From an uncultured Eubacteriales bacterium (GTDB lineage: Bacteria > Bacillota > Clostridia > Lachnospirales > Lachnospiraceae), in the NCBI GenBank assembly GCA_900318615.1, contig ONLK01000006.1:16314-40313 (forward strand): DNA of 24,000 nucleotides. Reading direction: 5' to 3'. Made by a program: the position numbers and the translations under genes. Positions 1-8,067 of this stretch are shown here, piece after piece. Within the stretch, counting starts at the first letter, position 1, and each line of letters opens with the position of its first letter. Below the pieces are notes generated by a model, which saw nothing but the letters and a program-made list of their open reading frames with translations, did no database searches and had not been told where the DNA came from.

Positions 1-961
1 TCTTCGCCGACTCGTCGATAATGACATCACAGTAATAATCCCGGCTTTCCGGATCATCATTCACGCAGTCCTTCAGCCCCTCCGCGTATCCGGAGATCAG
101 GGCGAGCGGTGTTTTCAGCTCATGCGAAACGTTGGCGATAAATTCATTTTTCATCTGCTCGTTTTTGTTCTTCTGCTCGATGTCGCGCTGCAGCTCATAG
201 TTTGCCGACTTCAGACGTGAAATGGTTGTCTCCAGCGTTTTGCTCATCTGATTGAAATTCTCGCCGAGCCGCCCGATTTCATTGTCCCCGCCGCTGACAT
301 ATTTGGCGTCAAAGTCCAGATTTGCCATCCGTTTCGACAGGTACGAAAGCTCCCGGATTGGCTTGGCAATCCTCTCGGAAAGCCAGTTGACCAGGAAAAT
401 GGAGATAACCGCAGCTAAAAGGCTGATATACAGACTGAACTCGTTGGAGATGCTGCTCGAAAGCCGTACGGAGGCCATCGGGATTCTCATCAGAAAATAA
501 TAGGAGTTGTCAAGCTGTCCCCACATCTCCAGGTATTCCATGTTCATCACCTGGTCTGTCTTCAGCTGTATGGTATAATTGTCTGTTCTTCGCAGTACCT
601 TCGCGTCATCGTGCTCCAGGTTCGTGATATACCCGAACAGACGTCCCATCATAATGTCGCTTTGCCCTAGAACCGTCTGAAAATTGCTGTCCAGAATCAC
701 GAGGTTGATGTTGTTGGCGTCGCATTCCTCCGCGAATTCACTGCTGTACAGTTTGTCGCTGATGCCGCTGTTTGTTACATTTTCATTCACCTCTCTGTAA
801 ACTGAAATCAGCGACTTCTGCAGCTTATGCTGATAGAACTTTCCGAGAAAACAGTAATTAAAAATCATATTCATCACCAGCAGGGCTGCCAGCAGGATAA
901 TAAAAGTAGCGGCGATCTGCCGGGAGATTGAATTTTTCACACGGTGTGTGTTCTTTTTCAT
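1..961 (-). CDS. Sensor histidine kinase, N-terminal ~320 aa only (C-terminus runs off the left edge)
   Basis: Absent from the ORF track because it is open at the window edge. My minus-strand translation from the ATG at 961-959 gives MKKNTHRVKNSISRQIAATFIILLAALLVMNMIF... (TM segment). A second hydrophobic segment and linker follow, then the H-box FIANVSHELKTPLALISGYAEGL at about 100-170. It starts 5 nt after the response-regulator stop, a classic RR-HK pair. Confidence 0.85.
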   Translation of the reverse strand, partial: MKKNTHRVKNSISRQIAATFIILLAALLVMNMIFNYCFLGKFYQHKLQKSLISVYREVNENVTNSGISDKLYSSEFAEECDANNINLVILDSNFQTVLGQSDIMMGRLFGYITNLEHDDAKVLRRTDNYTIQLKTDQVMNMEYLEMWGQLDNSYYFLMRIPMASVRLSSSISNEFSLYISLLAAVISIFLVNWLSERIAKPIRELSYLSKRMANLDFDAKYVSGGDNEIGRLGENFNQMSKTLETTISRLKSANYELQRDIEQKNKNEQMKNEFIANVSHELKTPLALISGYAEGLKDCVNDDPESRDYYCDVIIDESAK

Positions 962-966
962 ACGAA

Positions 967-1647
967 TCACTCGCAAACTTCGAATTTATATCCCATTCCC
1001 CAGATGGTTTTGATATAATCGCCGTGCTCTCCCATCTTGGAACGGAGTTTTTTAACATGCGTATCAATGGTCCGGGCATCACCGAAATAATCATAATTCC
1101 ACACGCTGTTCAGAATCTTTTCGCGTGAAAGGGCAATCCCCTGATTTTCTATAAAATAGCTCAGAAGCTCAAATTCCTTGTAGGAAAGATCAACATTCTT
1201 TCCGTCAATCTTAACTTCATGGGCAGCCTTGTTGATTTCAATGGCGCCCGCTTTAAGAATATCCTCCGGCGTGATCGTGTTCGTGCGGCGAAGAATAGCT
1301 TCCACTCTGGCCACCAGCGTTTTCGGGCTGAAGGGTTTTGAGATATAATCGTCCACTCCGAGTTCAAAGCCAAGAAGCTCATCTCTCTCCTCGCTTCGGG
1401 CCGTCAGCATAATGATCGGGACTTTACTGGTTTTCCGGATCTCACGGACAACCTCCCAGCCGTCCATTTTCGGCATCATAACATCCAGAATGATCAGTGC
1501 GATATCCTTCTGCTCATAGAATTTATCCACCGCCTCCTGCCCGTCTGCGGCTTCCACAACATCAAAATCGTTTCTGACAAGGAAATCCCGTACAAGCTTT
1601 CTCATACGTGCTTCATCGTCAACAACCATCACTTTCAATGTATCCAT
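967..1647 (-). CDS. OmpR/PhoB-family response regulator (receiver + winged-helix DNA-binding domain)
   Basis: ORF 967..1677. Receiver motifs VMVVDDE and ILDVMMPKMDG are present, plus the C-terminal winged helix (IKTIWGMGYKF). I prefer the start at MDTLKV (1647) because GGAGG lies 6 nt upstream. The ORF-track start at 1677 has no SD. Confidence 0.9.
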   Translation of the reverse strand: MDTLKVMVVDDEARMRKLVRDFLVRNDFDVVEAADGQEAVDKFYEQKDIALIILDVMMPKMDGWEVVREIRKTSKVPIIMLTARSEERDELLGFELGVDDYISKPFSPKTLVARVEAILRRTNTITPEDILKAGAIEINKAAHEVKIDGKNVDLSYKEFELLSYFIENQGIALSREKILNSVWNYDYFGDARTIDTHVKKLRSKMGEHGDYIKTIWGMGYKFEVCE

Positions 1648-1785
1648 ATATCCTCCGCCTCTGCCGGGGATGTTCATGCCCGGTCATACTGCAATCCTTC
1701 CTGTCTGCGTAAAAAATACGTAATTCGATAAAAATCATACCATTTTGGACCAATTTATGCAATAATCTACAGGTGAACATGGGAG

Positions 1786-1814
1786 CGGCTGCATTTGCAG
1801 CCGGGTATTTTCTT
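1786..1814 (+). promoter_or_regulatory. Terminator-like hairpin in the purF leader (possible attenuator)
   Basis: CGGCTGC-attt-GCAGCCG (7-bp stem) followed by GGTATTTTCTT. It ends about 15 nt before the purF ATG at 1829. Confidence 0.3.
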
Positions 1815-1828
1815 CGGAAAGGACAAAC

Positions 1829-3280
1829 ATGACAAAAATCTACAAGAATGCAGGAGCAATAAGCGGCCATGAAATTCATGAGGAATGCGGTGTCTTCGGC
1901 ATCTATGCCCGGGAAAAGAAACCGCTGGCCAAACTGGTCTACTACGGGCTGACAGCCCTTCAGCATCGCGGGCAGGAGGCCTGCGGCATTGCCGTCAATG
2001 AAGATCGTATTATCCGCTATCACAAAGATATCGGCCTGGTTCACGAAGTTTTTACACCGGAACAGCTTACCGCGCTGGGCTGCGGCCAGATTGCCGTAGG
2101 TCACTGCCGCTATTCCACCAGCGGAAGCCAGGCACGTGAAAACGCACAGCCGATGGTGGTCCGCCATGTCAAGGGCCAGCTGGCGCTCTGCCATAACGGC
2201 AATCTTGTCAATTCCTTTGAGCTTCGCCGGGAACTGGAACTGAAGGGATGCATCTTCCAGACCACCAGCGACACAGAAGTTATTTCCTATATCATTATCC
2301 AGAACCGGCTGAAATACGGAAGCATAGAGGACGCTGTATGTGCTGCCATGGGGCAGCTGGACGGTGCTTTTTCCATGATCATGATGTCTCCCGCCAAGCT
2401 GCTGGCCTGCCGCGATCCATACGGTCTGCGCCCGCTGTGCTGCGGAATGCTGGAGGACGGAAGCTATGTATTTTCCTCCGAGACCTGCGCACTGGACACC
2501 GTCGGTGCCCGTTATATCCGGGATCTGGAGCCCGGGGAACTGGTTGTGGCTGATAAAAACGGAATCCGTTCCATCAGAACGCACTGCGACAGAAAACCGA
2601 AAAAGCTATGCGTCTTCGAATACATATATTTTGCCAGATCTGATTCCATTATTGAAGGCTGCCCGGTCCATGAGGCGCGCCGGCGCGCCGGCCGTTTTCT
2701 TGCCAGGGAATATCCGGCGGATGCGGATGTTGTGATCGGCGTTCCGGATTCGGGCCTTGATTCCGCCATCGGCTACAGCGAGGAGTCCGGTATTCCATAC
2801 GGGATCGGCCTTATCAAGAATAAATACATCGGCCGCACCTTCATCGCTCCGGATCAGGAAACCCGTGAAAAAATGGTTCAGCTGAAGCTGAATGCTGTCC
2901 GCAGTACGGTGGAGGGAAAACGGGTCGTCATGATTGATGACTCGATCGTGCGCGGGACTACCTCTGCCCGGATTGTCAACCTGATCCGCCAGGCCGGCGC
3001 CAGCGAGGTACATGTGCGCATCTCGGCACCGCCGTTCCTCAACCCTTGCTACTACGGAACCGATGTGGATTCAAAGGAGAATCTGATCGCCTGCCGGCTC
3101 ACCATTCCTGAAATATGTAAACTGATCGGAGCGGATTCTCTGGGATACCTTTCGGTGGAAAATGCCCGCCACCTGACCGGGGCCGATCCGGACAGCTTCT
3201 GCTGCGCGTGCTTTGACGGAAAGTATCCGACGGCGGTTCCCACTCACACGGATAAGGACCGTTTCGAGGTGATAAAATGA
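1829..3280 (+). CDS. purF: Amidophosphoribosyltransferase (glutamine-PRPP amidotransferase), Fe-S type with propeptide
   Basis: 483 aa. The N-terminal nucleophile context is HEECGVFGI. The PRPP loop is VVMIDDSIVRGTT. C-terminal cysteines (PCYYG, FCCACFDGKYP) are typical of the B. subtilis-type [4Fe-4S] PurF. Confidence 0.95.
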   Translation: MTKIYKNAGAISGHEIHEECGVFGIYAREKKPLAKLVYYGLTALQHRGQEACGIAVNEDRIIRYHKDIGLVHEVFTPEQLTALGCGQIAVGHCRYSTSGSQARENAQPMVVRHVKGQLALCHNGNLVNSFELRRELELKGCIFQTTSDTEVISYIIIQNRLKYGSIEDAVCAAMGQLDGAFSMIMMSPAKLLACRDPYGLRPLCCGMLEDGSYVFSSETCALDTVGARYIRDLEPGELVVADKNGIRSIRTHCDRKPKKLCVFEYIYFARSDSIIEGCPVHEARRRAGRFLAREYPADADVVIGVPDSGLDSAIGYSEESGIPYGIGLIKNKYIGRTFIAPDQETREKMVQLKLNAVRSTVEGKRVVMIDDSIVRGTTSARIVNLIRQAGASEVHVRISAPPFLNPCYYGTDVDSKENLIACRLTIPEICKLIGADSLGYLSVENARHLTGADPDSFCCACFDGKYPTAVPTHTDKDRFEVIK

Positions 3281-3285
3281 TTACA

Positions 3286-3345
3286 GTGTCAAAAGTCCGC
3301 CGCCACGCATGCTTGCATGCGAGTGGTGGCAGGACTTATTGACAC
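3286..3345 (+). repeat. Long imperfect inverted repeat / stem-loop just downstream of the purF stop
   Basis: GTGTCAA-a-AGTCC-GCCGCCAC ... GTGGTGGC-a-GGACT-ta-TTGACAC gives about 20 paired positions, including one G-T. The loop carries two GCATGC palindromes. A second small hairpin, GTGGCGC-GAAA-GCGTCAC, lies at 3365-3382. Confidence 0.6.
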
Positions 3346-3481
3346 GCCCTGCATGAGGCATGAAGTGGCGCGAAAGCGTCACGAAGGTACGATGTTTTTT
3401 CATGAATACTTTTTAAAATAAAGTTTTCTTCCTGTCTGGCTTTATTTTATTCGTTGCCATCCGCTTTTGACTTTTGTTTGA

Positions 3482-3510
3482 TTGACACCGGTTTGTCCTG
3501 GTGCAATAAT
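3482..3510 (+). promoter_or_regulatory. Candidate sigma-70/SigA promoter upstream of asnB
   Basis: TTGACA (3482-3487), a 17-nt spacer, then AATAAT (3505-3510). Confidence 0.45.
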
Positions 3511-3521
3511 AATCAGAGAAA

Positions 3522-3560
3522 AGACAAGGATGTCCGAAAGGGATATCCTTGTCTTTTTTA
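3522..3560 (+). terminator. Intrinsic terminator hairpin, either an asnB leader attenuator or the distal purF terminator
   Basis: AGACAAGGAT-gtccgaaaggg-ATATCCTTGTCT followed by TTTTTATTT. The stem is at least 10 bp, with inner TCC-GAAA-GGA pairing. Confidence 0.65.
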
Positions 3561-3646
3561 TTTCAGTCACAGTGCACAGAAGGAAGGCCGGAGGACCGGC
3601 AGAGCCTTCTTCGCATTGAACAAACAACAACAGGAGGAGACATCGT

Positions 3647-5239
3647 ATGTGCTCAATACTCGCTTTTACAAACCCCGCTGCCGATGAAAAAACCGTCGCA
3701 GCCTCTCTCGCAAAGACTGTATCCCGCGGTCCTGATATGACCAGGATCGTCAATGTGAATAATAACCGCGGGTATATGGGCTTTAATCGTCTTGTCATTA
3801 TGGGCCTTACGGAAAAAGGTATGCAGCCCTTCGTACGCGGAAACAAGATCTGCGTATGCAACGGTGAGCTGTACGGATTTCGTAAAACCAAAAAGGAACT
3901 GGAGCGTATCGGATACACATTCCTCAGCAACAGTGACTGCGAACTTTTAATCCCACTGTGGCAGGAAAAGGGGGTTGACATGTTCCGTGACCTGGACGCT
4001 GAATTTGCCATGGTTCTCTATGACGCAGATACCGATCAGTGGATTGCCGCCCGCGATCCCATCGGTATCCGGCCGCTCTACTACGGGGAAGATAAGGATG
4101 GCTATCCGATTTTTGCCTCCGAGCCGAAGAACCTGGTCGGCCTTTGTGACCGCATTAAGCCGTTCCCTCCGGGGTATTATTATGCCGATGGAAAGTTTAC
4201 CTGCTACCGTGACATGAGCGATATTCGCTCCTACAATACCACGGACGATGTGGAGACGATCTGCAGAAATATTCATGACCTGCTTGTAGAAGGCGTAGGC
4301 AAACGGCTGGACAGTGATACGCCGGTGGGATTCCTTCTGTCCGGAGGCCTCGACTCCTCTCTCGTCTGCGGTATTGCCGCGAAAATGCTCGACAAGCCGC
4401 TGGAAACCTTCTCCATCGGCATGGATATCGATGCGATCGATCTGAAATACGCCCGTGAGGTAGCCGAATATATCCACAGCAACCACCACGAGGTCATCAT
4501 CTCCCGCAGCGATGTCATCAACGCTCTTGAACCGGTCATCGCCGCTCTCGGTACCTGGGACATCACCACGATCCGCGCATCCATCGGCATGTACCTGGTG
4601 TGCAAATGGATCCATGAAAATACAGATATCCGCGTCCTTCTGACCGGAGAAATTTCCGACGAGCTTTTTGGCTACAAGTATACGGATTTTGCACCAGATG
4701 CGGAAGAATTCCAGAAAGAAGCGGAAAAGCGTATCCGGGAGCTTCATATGTACGATGTGCTCCGCGCCGACCGCTGCATCTCCGTAAACTCACTGGAGGC
4801 CCGTGTCCCGTTTGGTGATCTTGATTTTGTGGACTACGTTATGCACATCGATCCGCAGAAAAAGATGAATACCTACGGAATAGGAAAATATCTGCCGCGT
4901 CATGCCTTTGAGAAGGATGCACTCATTCCGCACGACATCCTGATGCGCCAGAAGGCCGCGTTCTCCGACGCTGTGGGCCACTCCCTGAAGGACGATCTGC
5001 AGGAGTACGCCGAATCTCTCTACACCGACGGGGAATACGAAAAAGCACGCAGCAAATACACCTACCGCCCCCCCTTCACCAAAGAATCCCTGCTCTACCG
5101 GGAAATCTTCGAAAAATACTATCCGGGGCAGGCGCAGATGATCGTCGATTTCTGGATGCCAAACAAAACCTGGCCGGGCTGCAACGTCAGCGACCCCAGC
5201 GCCCGTGTTCTTTCAAACTACGGAGACAGCGGAGTGTGA
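3647..5239 (+). CDS. asnB: Asparagine synthetase (glutamine-hydrolysing), AsnB type
   Basis: 530 aa. It starts MCSIL (Ntn Cys2). The PP-loop FLLSGGLDSS is present, with homology along the whole length to E. coli AsnB (LHMYDVLRADR, EARVPF, KESLLYREIFE). The RBS AGGAGGAG lies 8 nt upstream. Confidence 0.93.
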   Translation: MCSILAFTNPAADEKTVAASLAKTVSRGPDMTRIVNVNNNRGYMGFNRLVIMGLTEKGMQPFVRGNKICVCNGELYGFRKTKKELERIGYTFLSNSDCELLIPLWQEKGVDMFRDLDAEFAMVLYDADTDQWIAARDPIGIRPLYYGEDKDGYPIFASEPKNLVGLCDRIKPFPPGYYYADGKFTCYRDMSDIRSYNTTDDVETICRNIHDLLVEGVGKRLDSDTPVGFLLSGGLDSSLVCGIAAKMLDKPLETFSIGMDIDAIDLKYAREVAEYIHSNHHEVIISRSDVINALEPVIAALGTWDITTIRASIGMYLVCKWIHENTDIRVLLTGEISDELFGYKYTDFAPDAEEFQKEAEKRIRELHMYDVLRADRCISVNSLEARVPFGDLDFVDYVMHIDPQKKMNTYGIGKYLPRHAFEKDALIPHDILMRQKAAFSDAVGHSLKDDLQEYAESLYTDGEYEKARSKYTYRPPFTKESLLYREIFEKYYPGQAQMIVDFWMPNKTWPGCNVSDPSARVLSNYGDSGV

Positions 5240-5261
5240 ATATTGTGCAGCTGTTTTCTTA

Positions 5262-5288
5262 TCATTAATCTCATTAATCTCATTAATC
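5262..5288. repeat. Perfect 3x tandem repeat of the 9-mer TCATTAATC
   Basis: Read directly at 5262-5270, 5271-5279 and 5280-5288. It lies between the convergent genes asnB and punA. Confidence 0.95.
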
Positions 5289-5293
5289 AATTT

Positions 5294-5323
5294 CAGCGGT
5301 TCCATTCCGGAACCGCTGTTTTT
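5294..5323 (+). terminator. Rho-independent terminator after asnB
   Basis: CAGCGGTTCC-attcc-GGAACCGCTG (10-bp stem) followed by TTTTT. Confidence 0.85.
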
Positions 5324-5351
5324 CGCTCTAAGTTCTAAGCTCATTTTCTAT

Positions 5352-6206
5352 TCACTGCCGGTCTCCTGATTCTGTCTGTCCAAGTTCACGGACAATTTCC
5401 GTAACCAGCTTCTCAAAGGAAACCTTCACCCGGTCCGCGGTTTCCTGTACCTCCCGATGGTTCAGCGGACGGTCAAGGATACCGGCTGCCATGTTGGTGA
5501 GGCAGGAAATGGCACCTGTCCTCATGCCCATGTGATGGGCTGCGATCGCTTCACATACCGTACTCATGCCGGCGGCATCCGCTCCGAGGGTCCGGTACAT
5601 GCGTATTTCCGCAGGCGTCTCATAGTTCGGACCGGTACACTGTACGTACACACCTTCCTTCAGATCCACCCCGGTGCGGCGGGCTGCCTGTCGGATGATG
5701 TCCCTCATTTTTAAGTCATACACGTAGCTCATATCCGGGAAGCGGGTTCCCAGTTCATCGATGTTTGGTCCGATCAGAGGACTTTTGATAAAGGAAGAGA
5801 TGTGATCGGTCAGCATCATAAGATCGCCCGGGCGGAACGAAGTATTGATGGCCCCGGCTGCGTTGGTCAGGATCAGCTTTTTCGCCCCGAGCATTCCCAT
5901 CACACGGGTCGGAAGGACCACGTCGGACATAGCATACCCTTCATAGAAATGGACTCTGCCCTTCATTAACACCACCGGGACATTCTCCACATATCCGAAC
6001 AGATAACGTCCGTCGTGTCCCTGTACGGTCGATACCGGAAAACCTTCTATTTCCGAATACGGAATCTCCGACCTCACATCCATATTCCGGGCGTATTCCC
6101 CCAGACCTGAACCGAGGATCAGGGCAACCTCCGGAATAAAATCCGTCCGTTCCCGCACCGCCGCAGTACATTTCTGCAGTTTCCGGTACGCTTCTGAATT
6201 TTTCAT
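5352..6206 (-). CDS. punA: Purine nucleoside phosphorylase (trimeric PNP/PunA family)
   Basis: 284 aa. Diagnostic stretches are ALILGSGLG, GFPVSTVQGHDGRYLFG, GRVHFYEGY, NAAGAIN and GPNYETPAEIRMYRTLGADAAGMSTV. Confidence 0.92.
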   Translation of the reverse strand: MKNSEAYRKLQKCTAAVRERTDFIPEVALILGSGLGEYARNMDVRSEIPYSEIEGFPVSTVQGHDGRYLFGYVENVPVVLMKGRVHFYEGYAMSDVVLPTRVMGMLGAKKLILTNAAGAINTSFRPGDLMMLTDHISSFIKSPLIGPNIDELGTRFPDMSYVYDLKMRDIIRQAARRTGVDLKEGVYVQCTGPNYETPAEIRMYRTLGADAAGMSTVCEAIAAHHMGMRTGAISCLTNMAAGILDRPLNHREVQETADRVKVSFEKLVTEIVRELGQTESGDRQ

Positions 6207-6281
6207 AGTTCAAATTCCCCCTTTAAAAGTTCTCCGGTTCGCGTTACAGTATTCCTGATTGCTTTCATACAGGAGAACAAA

Positions 6282-6977
6282 ATGGCTAAATTATATTTTC
6301 GTTACGGCGCCATGGGCAGTTCGAAAACTGCGAATGCGCTGATGGTTCGTTACAATTACATAGAACGCGGAAGGAATGTCATTCTGCTCAAACCGCGGAT
6401 CGACCGCCGGGACGGGGAGAAGGTAATCCGCTCCCGCATCGGTCTTTCAGCGGAATGTGAGTTTGTAGAAAATTTTGTTCTATACGCAGAGAAAAACTGG
6501 AAAACCAGTGAAGACGCTTCCTGGTGTTCCTGCATCATCATCGATGAGTGCCAGTTTATGACGCCGGAGCAGGTGGACTTCATGGCCCACATTGTTGATG
6601 ACATGGATGTTCCTGTCATCTGCTACGGTCTGCGGACCGATTTTCAGTCGCACATGTTTCCAGGATCCGCGAGACTGTTTGAGCTGGCCGATGTTATCGA
6701 GCAGATTCCGACGGTCTGCTGGTGCGGGAAAAAAGCCCAGTTTAACGCACGTGTCATCGATGGAAAAATGATACGGGAAGGCGAACAGATTTTCCTCGGC
6801 GCCAATGAAAGCTATGTCGCTTTGTGCCGCCGTCACTTCATGTCCGGCCAGTTTCTTCCGCCCAAAAAACCATCCGTGAAGGACTGGGAAGCCGCTATGC
6901 AGGTCCTTCCGGAGGAGACCTTCGAGGAGGCGCATCAGGGCAGAGGTGAGGAAAAAAGCAGCAAAGAGGAGCCGTAG
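6282..6977 (+). CDS. tdk: Thymidine kinase with a ~41-aa C-terminal extension
   Basis: 231 aa. It has the P-loop GAMGSSKT, IIIDECQF, and the Zn-ribbon cysteines CWCGKK...LCRRHF. An AGGAG RBS is present. Confidence 0.92.
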   Translation: MAKLYFRYGAMGSSKTANALMVRYNYIERGRNVILLKPRIDRRDGEKVIRSRIGLSAECEFVENFVLYAEKNWKTSEDASWCSCIIIDECQFMTPEQVDFMAHIVDDMDVPVICYGLRTDFQSHMFPGSARLFELADVIEQIPTVCWCGKKAQFNARVIDGKMIREGEQIFLGANESYVALCRRHFMSGQFLPPKKPSVKDWEAAMQVLPEETFEEAHQGRGEEKSSKEEP

Positions 6978-6987
6978 TCCGCTCTTC

Positions 6988-8022
6988 TCAGACCCAACTA
7001 TGCCGAAGCATAAATTTCTGCTCTTCGGAAGCAAATGACATCTCTACCGAATTCAGATAAATCTGTTTCAGATCCTCCTTATTCAGCTTCAGATGCTCCA
7101 CGCATTTTTTAAATTCACGGGTGCTGTCCGTGCTGCTGCAGGTCCGGTTATCGGTATTGATGGAAACCGGAATGTGATGTGCCATAAATTCCTTCAGCGG
7201 ATATTCTTCCCATAAGGTGCAGGCCTTTGTCTGAAAATTACTCGTCGGGCACATTTCCACGCCTATCTTTTGATCCGCGCACAGCCGCATCAGTTCCTCA
7301 TCCCCGCTCATGGCGATCCCGTGTCCGATTCTGCGGGCGCCATGTTCAACGGCATAGCGGACATTTTCACGGCTGCCGGTCTCTCCGGCGTGGATGGTCA
7401 TCGGCATCCCCGCCTCACGGCAGCAGTCAAAGTACTCCCCGAACATTGCATTCGGGAAGGCATTTTCATCTCCGGCCAGATCGCAGGCGACAACACCGTT
7501 TCCCAGCCACCGGCTGCCCTCTTCCAGCATCTGTCTGTTCTGTTCCATCGGAAGATGACGCATGGCGCAGCAGATGACACCGTATCCGATTCCATACTGA
7601 CGGTGTGCTCTTTCCAGTCCGTCTATGACACTGGAGATGGAATCGTGCAGTGTCATTCCCCGGGTCAGGCATATCTGCGGTGCATAACGCACCTCCAGAT
7701 ACACAACATTCTCCGCGTGGGCGTGCCGTCCCAGATAATAAGCCGCTTCGTTTAAAAAATCAGCATCCTGAATGCAGCGGATCGGCAGGTCAAACTTTTC
7801 CAGATACTCTGCCAGTGACCGGCAGCTGTCATCGACACCAACCCTCTGCATGACCTCTTCCGCCGTCATTTTCATCCCCAGTTTTTCCATTTTCTCCCGA
7901 ATCAGAAATGGCTCAATCGATCCGTCCAGATGACAGTGAAGATCAATCTTCGGCATGGCCTCTGCCAGCAGGAGAGTCTCTTTTTCAGAAGAATCCCGGT
8001 CTGTGTTCCTATTCCATTCCAT
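6988..8022 (-). CDS. add: Adenosine deaminase
   Basis: 344 aa. It has the metal-binding KIDLHCHLDGS, HAGE (TIHAGETG) and SINTDN motifs. The AAGGAG RBS lies 10 nt upstream. Confidence 0.92.
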   Translation of the reverse strand: MEWNRNTDRDSSEKETLLLAEAMPKIDLHCHLDGSIEPFLIREKMEKLGMKMTAEEVMQRVGVDDSCRSLAEYLEKFDLPIRCIQDADFLNEAAYYLGRHAHAENVVYLEVRYAPQICLTRGMTLHDSISSVIDGLERAHRQYGIGYGVICCAMRHLPMEQNRQMLEEGSRWLGNGVVACDLAGDENAFPNAMFGEYFDCCREAGMPMTIHAGETGSRENVRYAVEHGARRIGHGIAMSGDEELMRLCADQKIGVEMCPTSNFQTKACTLWEEYPLKEFMAHHIPVSINTDNRTCSSTDSTREFKKCVEHLKLNKEDLKQIYLNSVEMSFASEEQKFMLRHSWV

Positions 8023-8038
8023 GTGTCAAACACTCCTT

Positions 8039-8067
8039 AAAAAATCAGGCGGGGATTCCCGCCTGAT
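8039..8067 (-). terminator. Intrinsic terminator between the last permease gene and add
   Basis: The minus strand reads ATCAGGCGGG-aatc-CCCGCCTGAT (10-bp GC-rich stem) followed by TTTTT. The T-run leads directly into the add AAGGAG RBS. Confidence 0.8.

Noticed and set aside
1680-1828. Purine riboswitch, ZTP riboswitch or PurR PurBox upstream of purF
   Set aside because: I could not find the conserved aptamer strings (for example UAUAAU...GGGAGUUUCUACC for purine, or GGGUCGUGACUGGCG...CCGCCUGGGC for ZTP). The best PurBox-like string (AATTCGATAAA) has mismatches in the CCGAAC core. Only the terminator-like hairpin is reported.
1619-2584. 321-aa minus-strand ORF overlapping the RR start and most of the purF 5' half
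   Set aside because: It lies antisense to a confidently identified purF. The composition is Ala/Gly/Arg-rich with no recognisable motifs and no RBS, which is typical of a shadow ORF in codon-biased DNA.
3578-3610. SRP (4.5S) RNA-like string GAAGGAAGGCCGGAGGACCGGCAG
   Set aside because: The resemblance to the SRP domain IV motif (GGAAGCAGCC) is superficial. The hairpin is too short, lacks the conserved loops, and sits in the asnB 5' UTR.
3283-3646. T-box leader (Asn-specific) upstream of asnB
   Set aside because: GTGGTGGCAGGAC and CCTGGTGCAA resemble the GGUGGUACCGCG T-box only weakly. I saw no AGAGA/GNUGNA stem-I features and no antiterminator alternative to the 3522-3560 terminator. The best promoter lies too close to the terminator for a 200-nt T-box.
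3947-4747. 266-aa minus-strand ORF (and smaller ones at 4273-4605, 4563-4793 and 4790-4981) inside asnB
   Set aside because: They lie antisense to asnB, whose homology runs the full length. They have no motifs or translation signals.
6480-7034. 184-aa minus-strand ORF spanning the tdk 3' half and the add stop region
   Set aside because: It overlaps two well-supported genes, and its start lies inside the add coding region in another frame. It is a shadow ORF.
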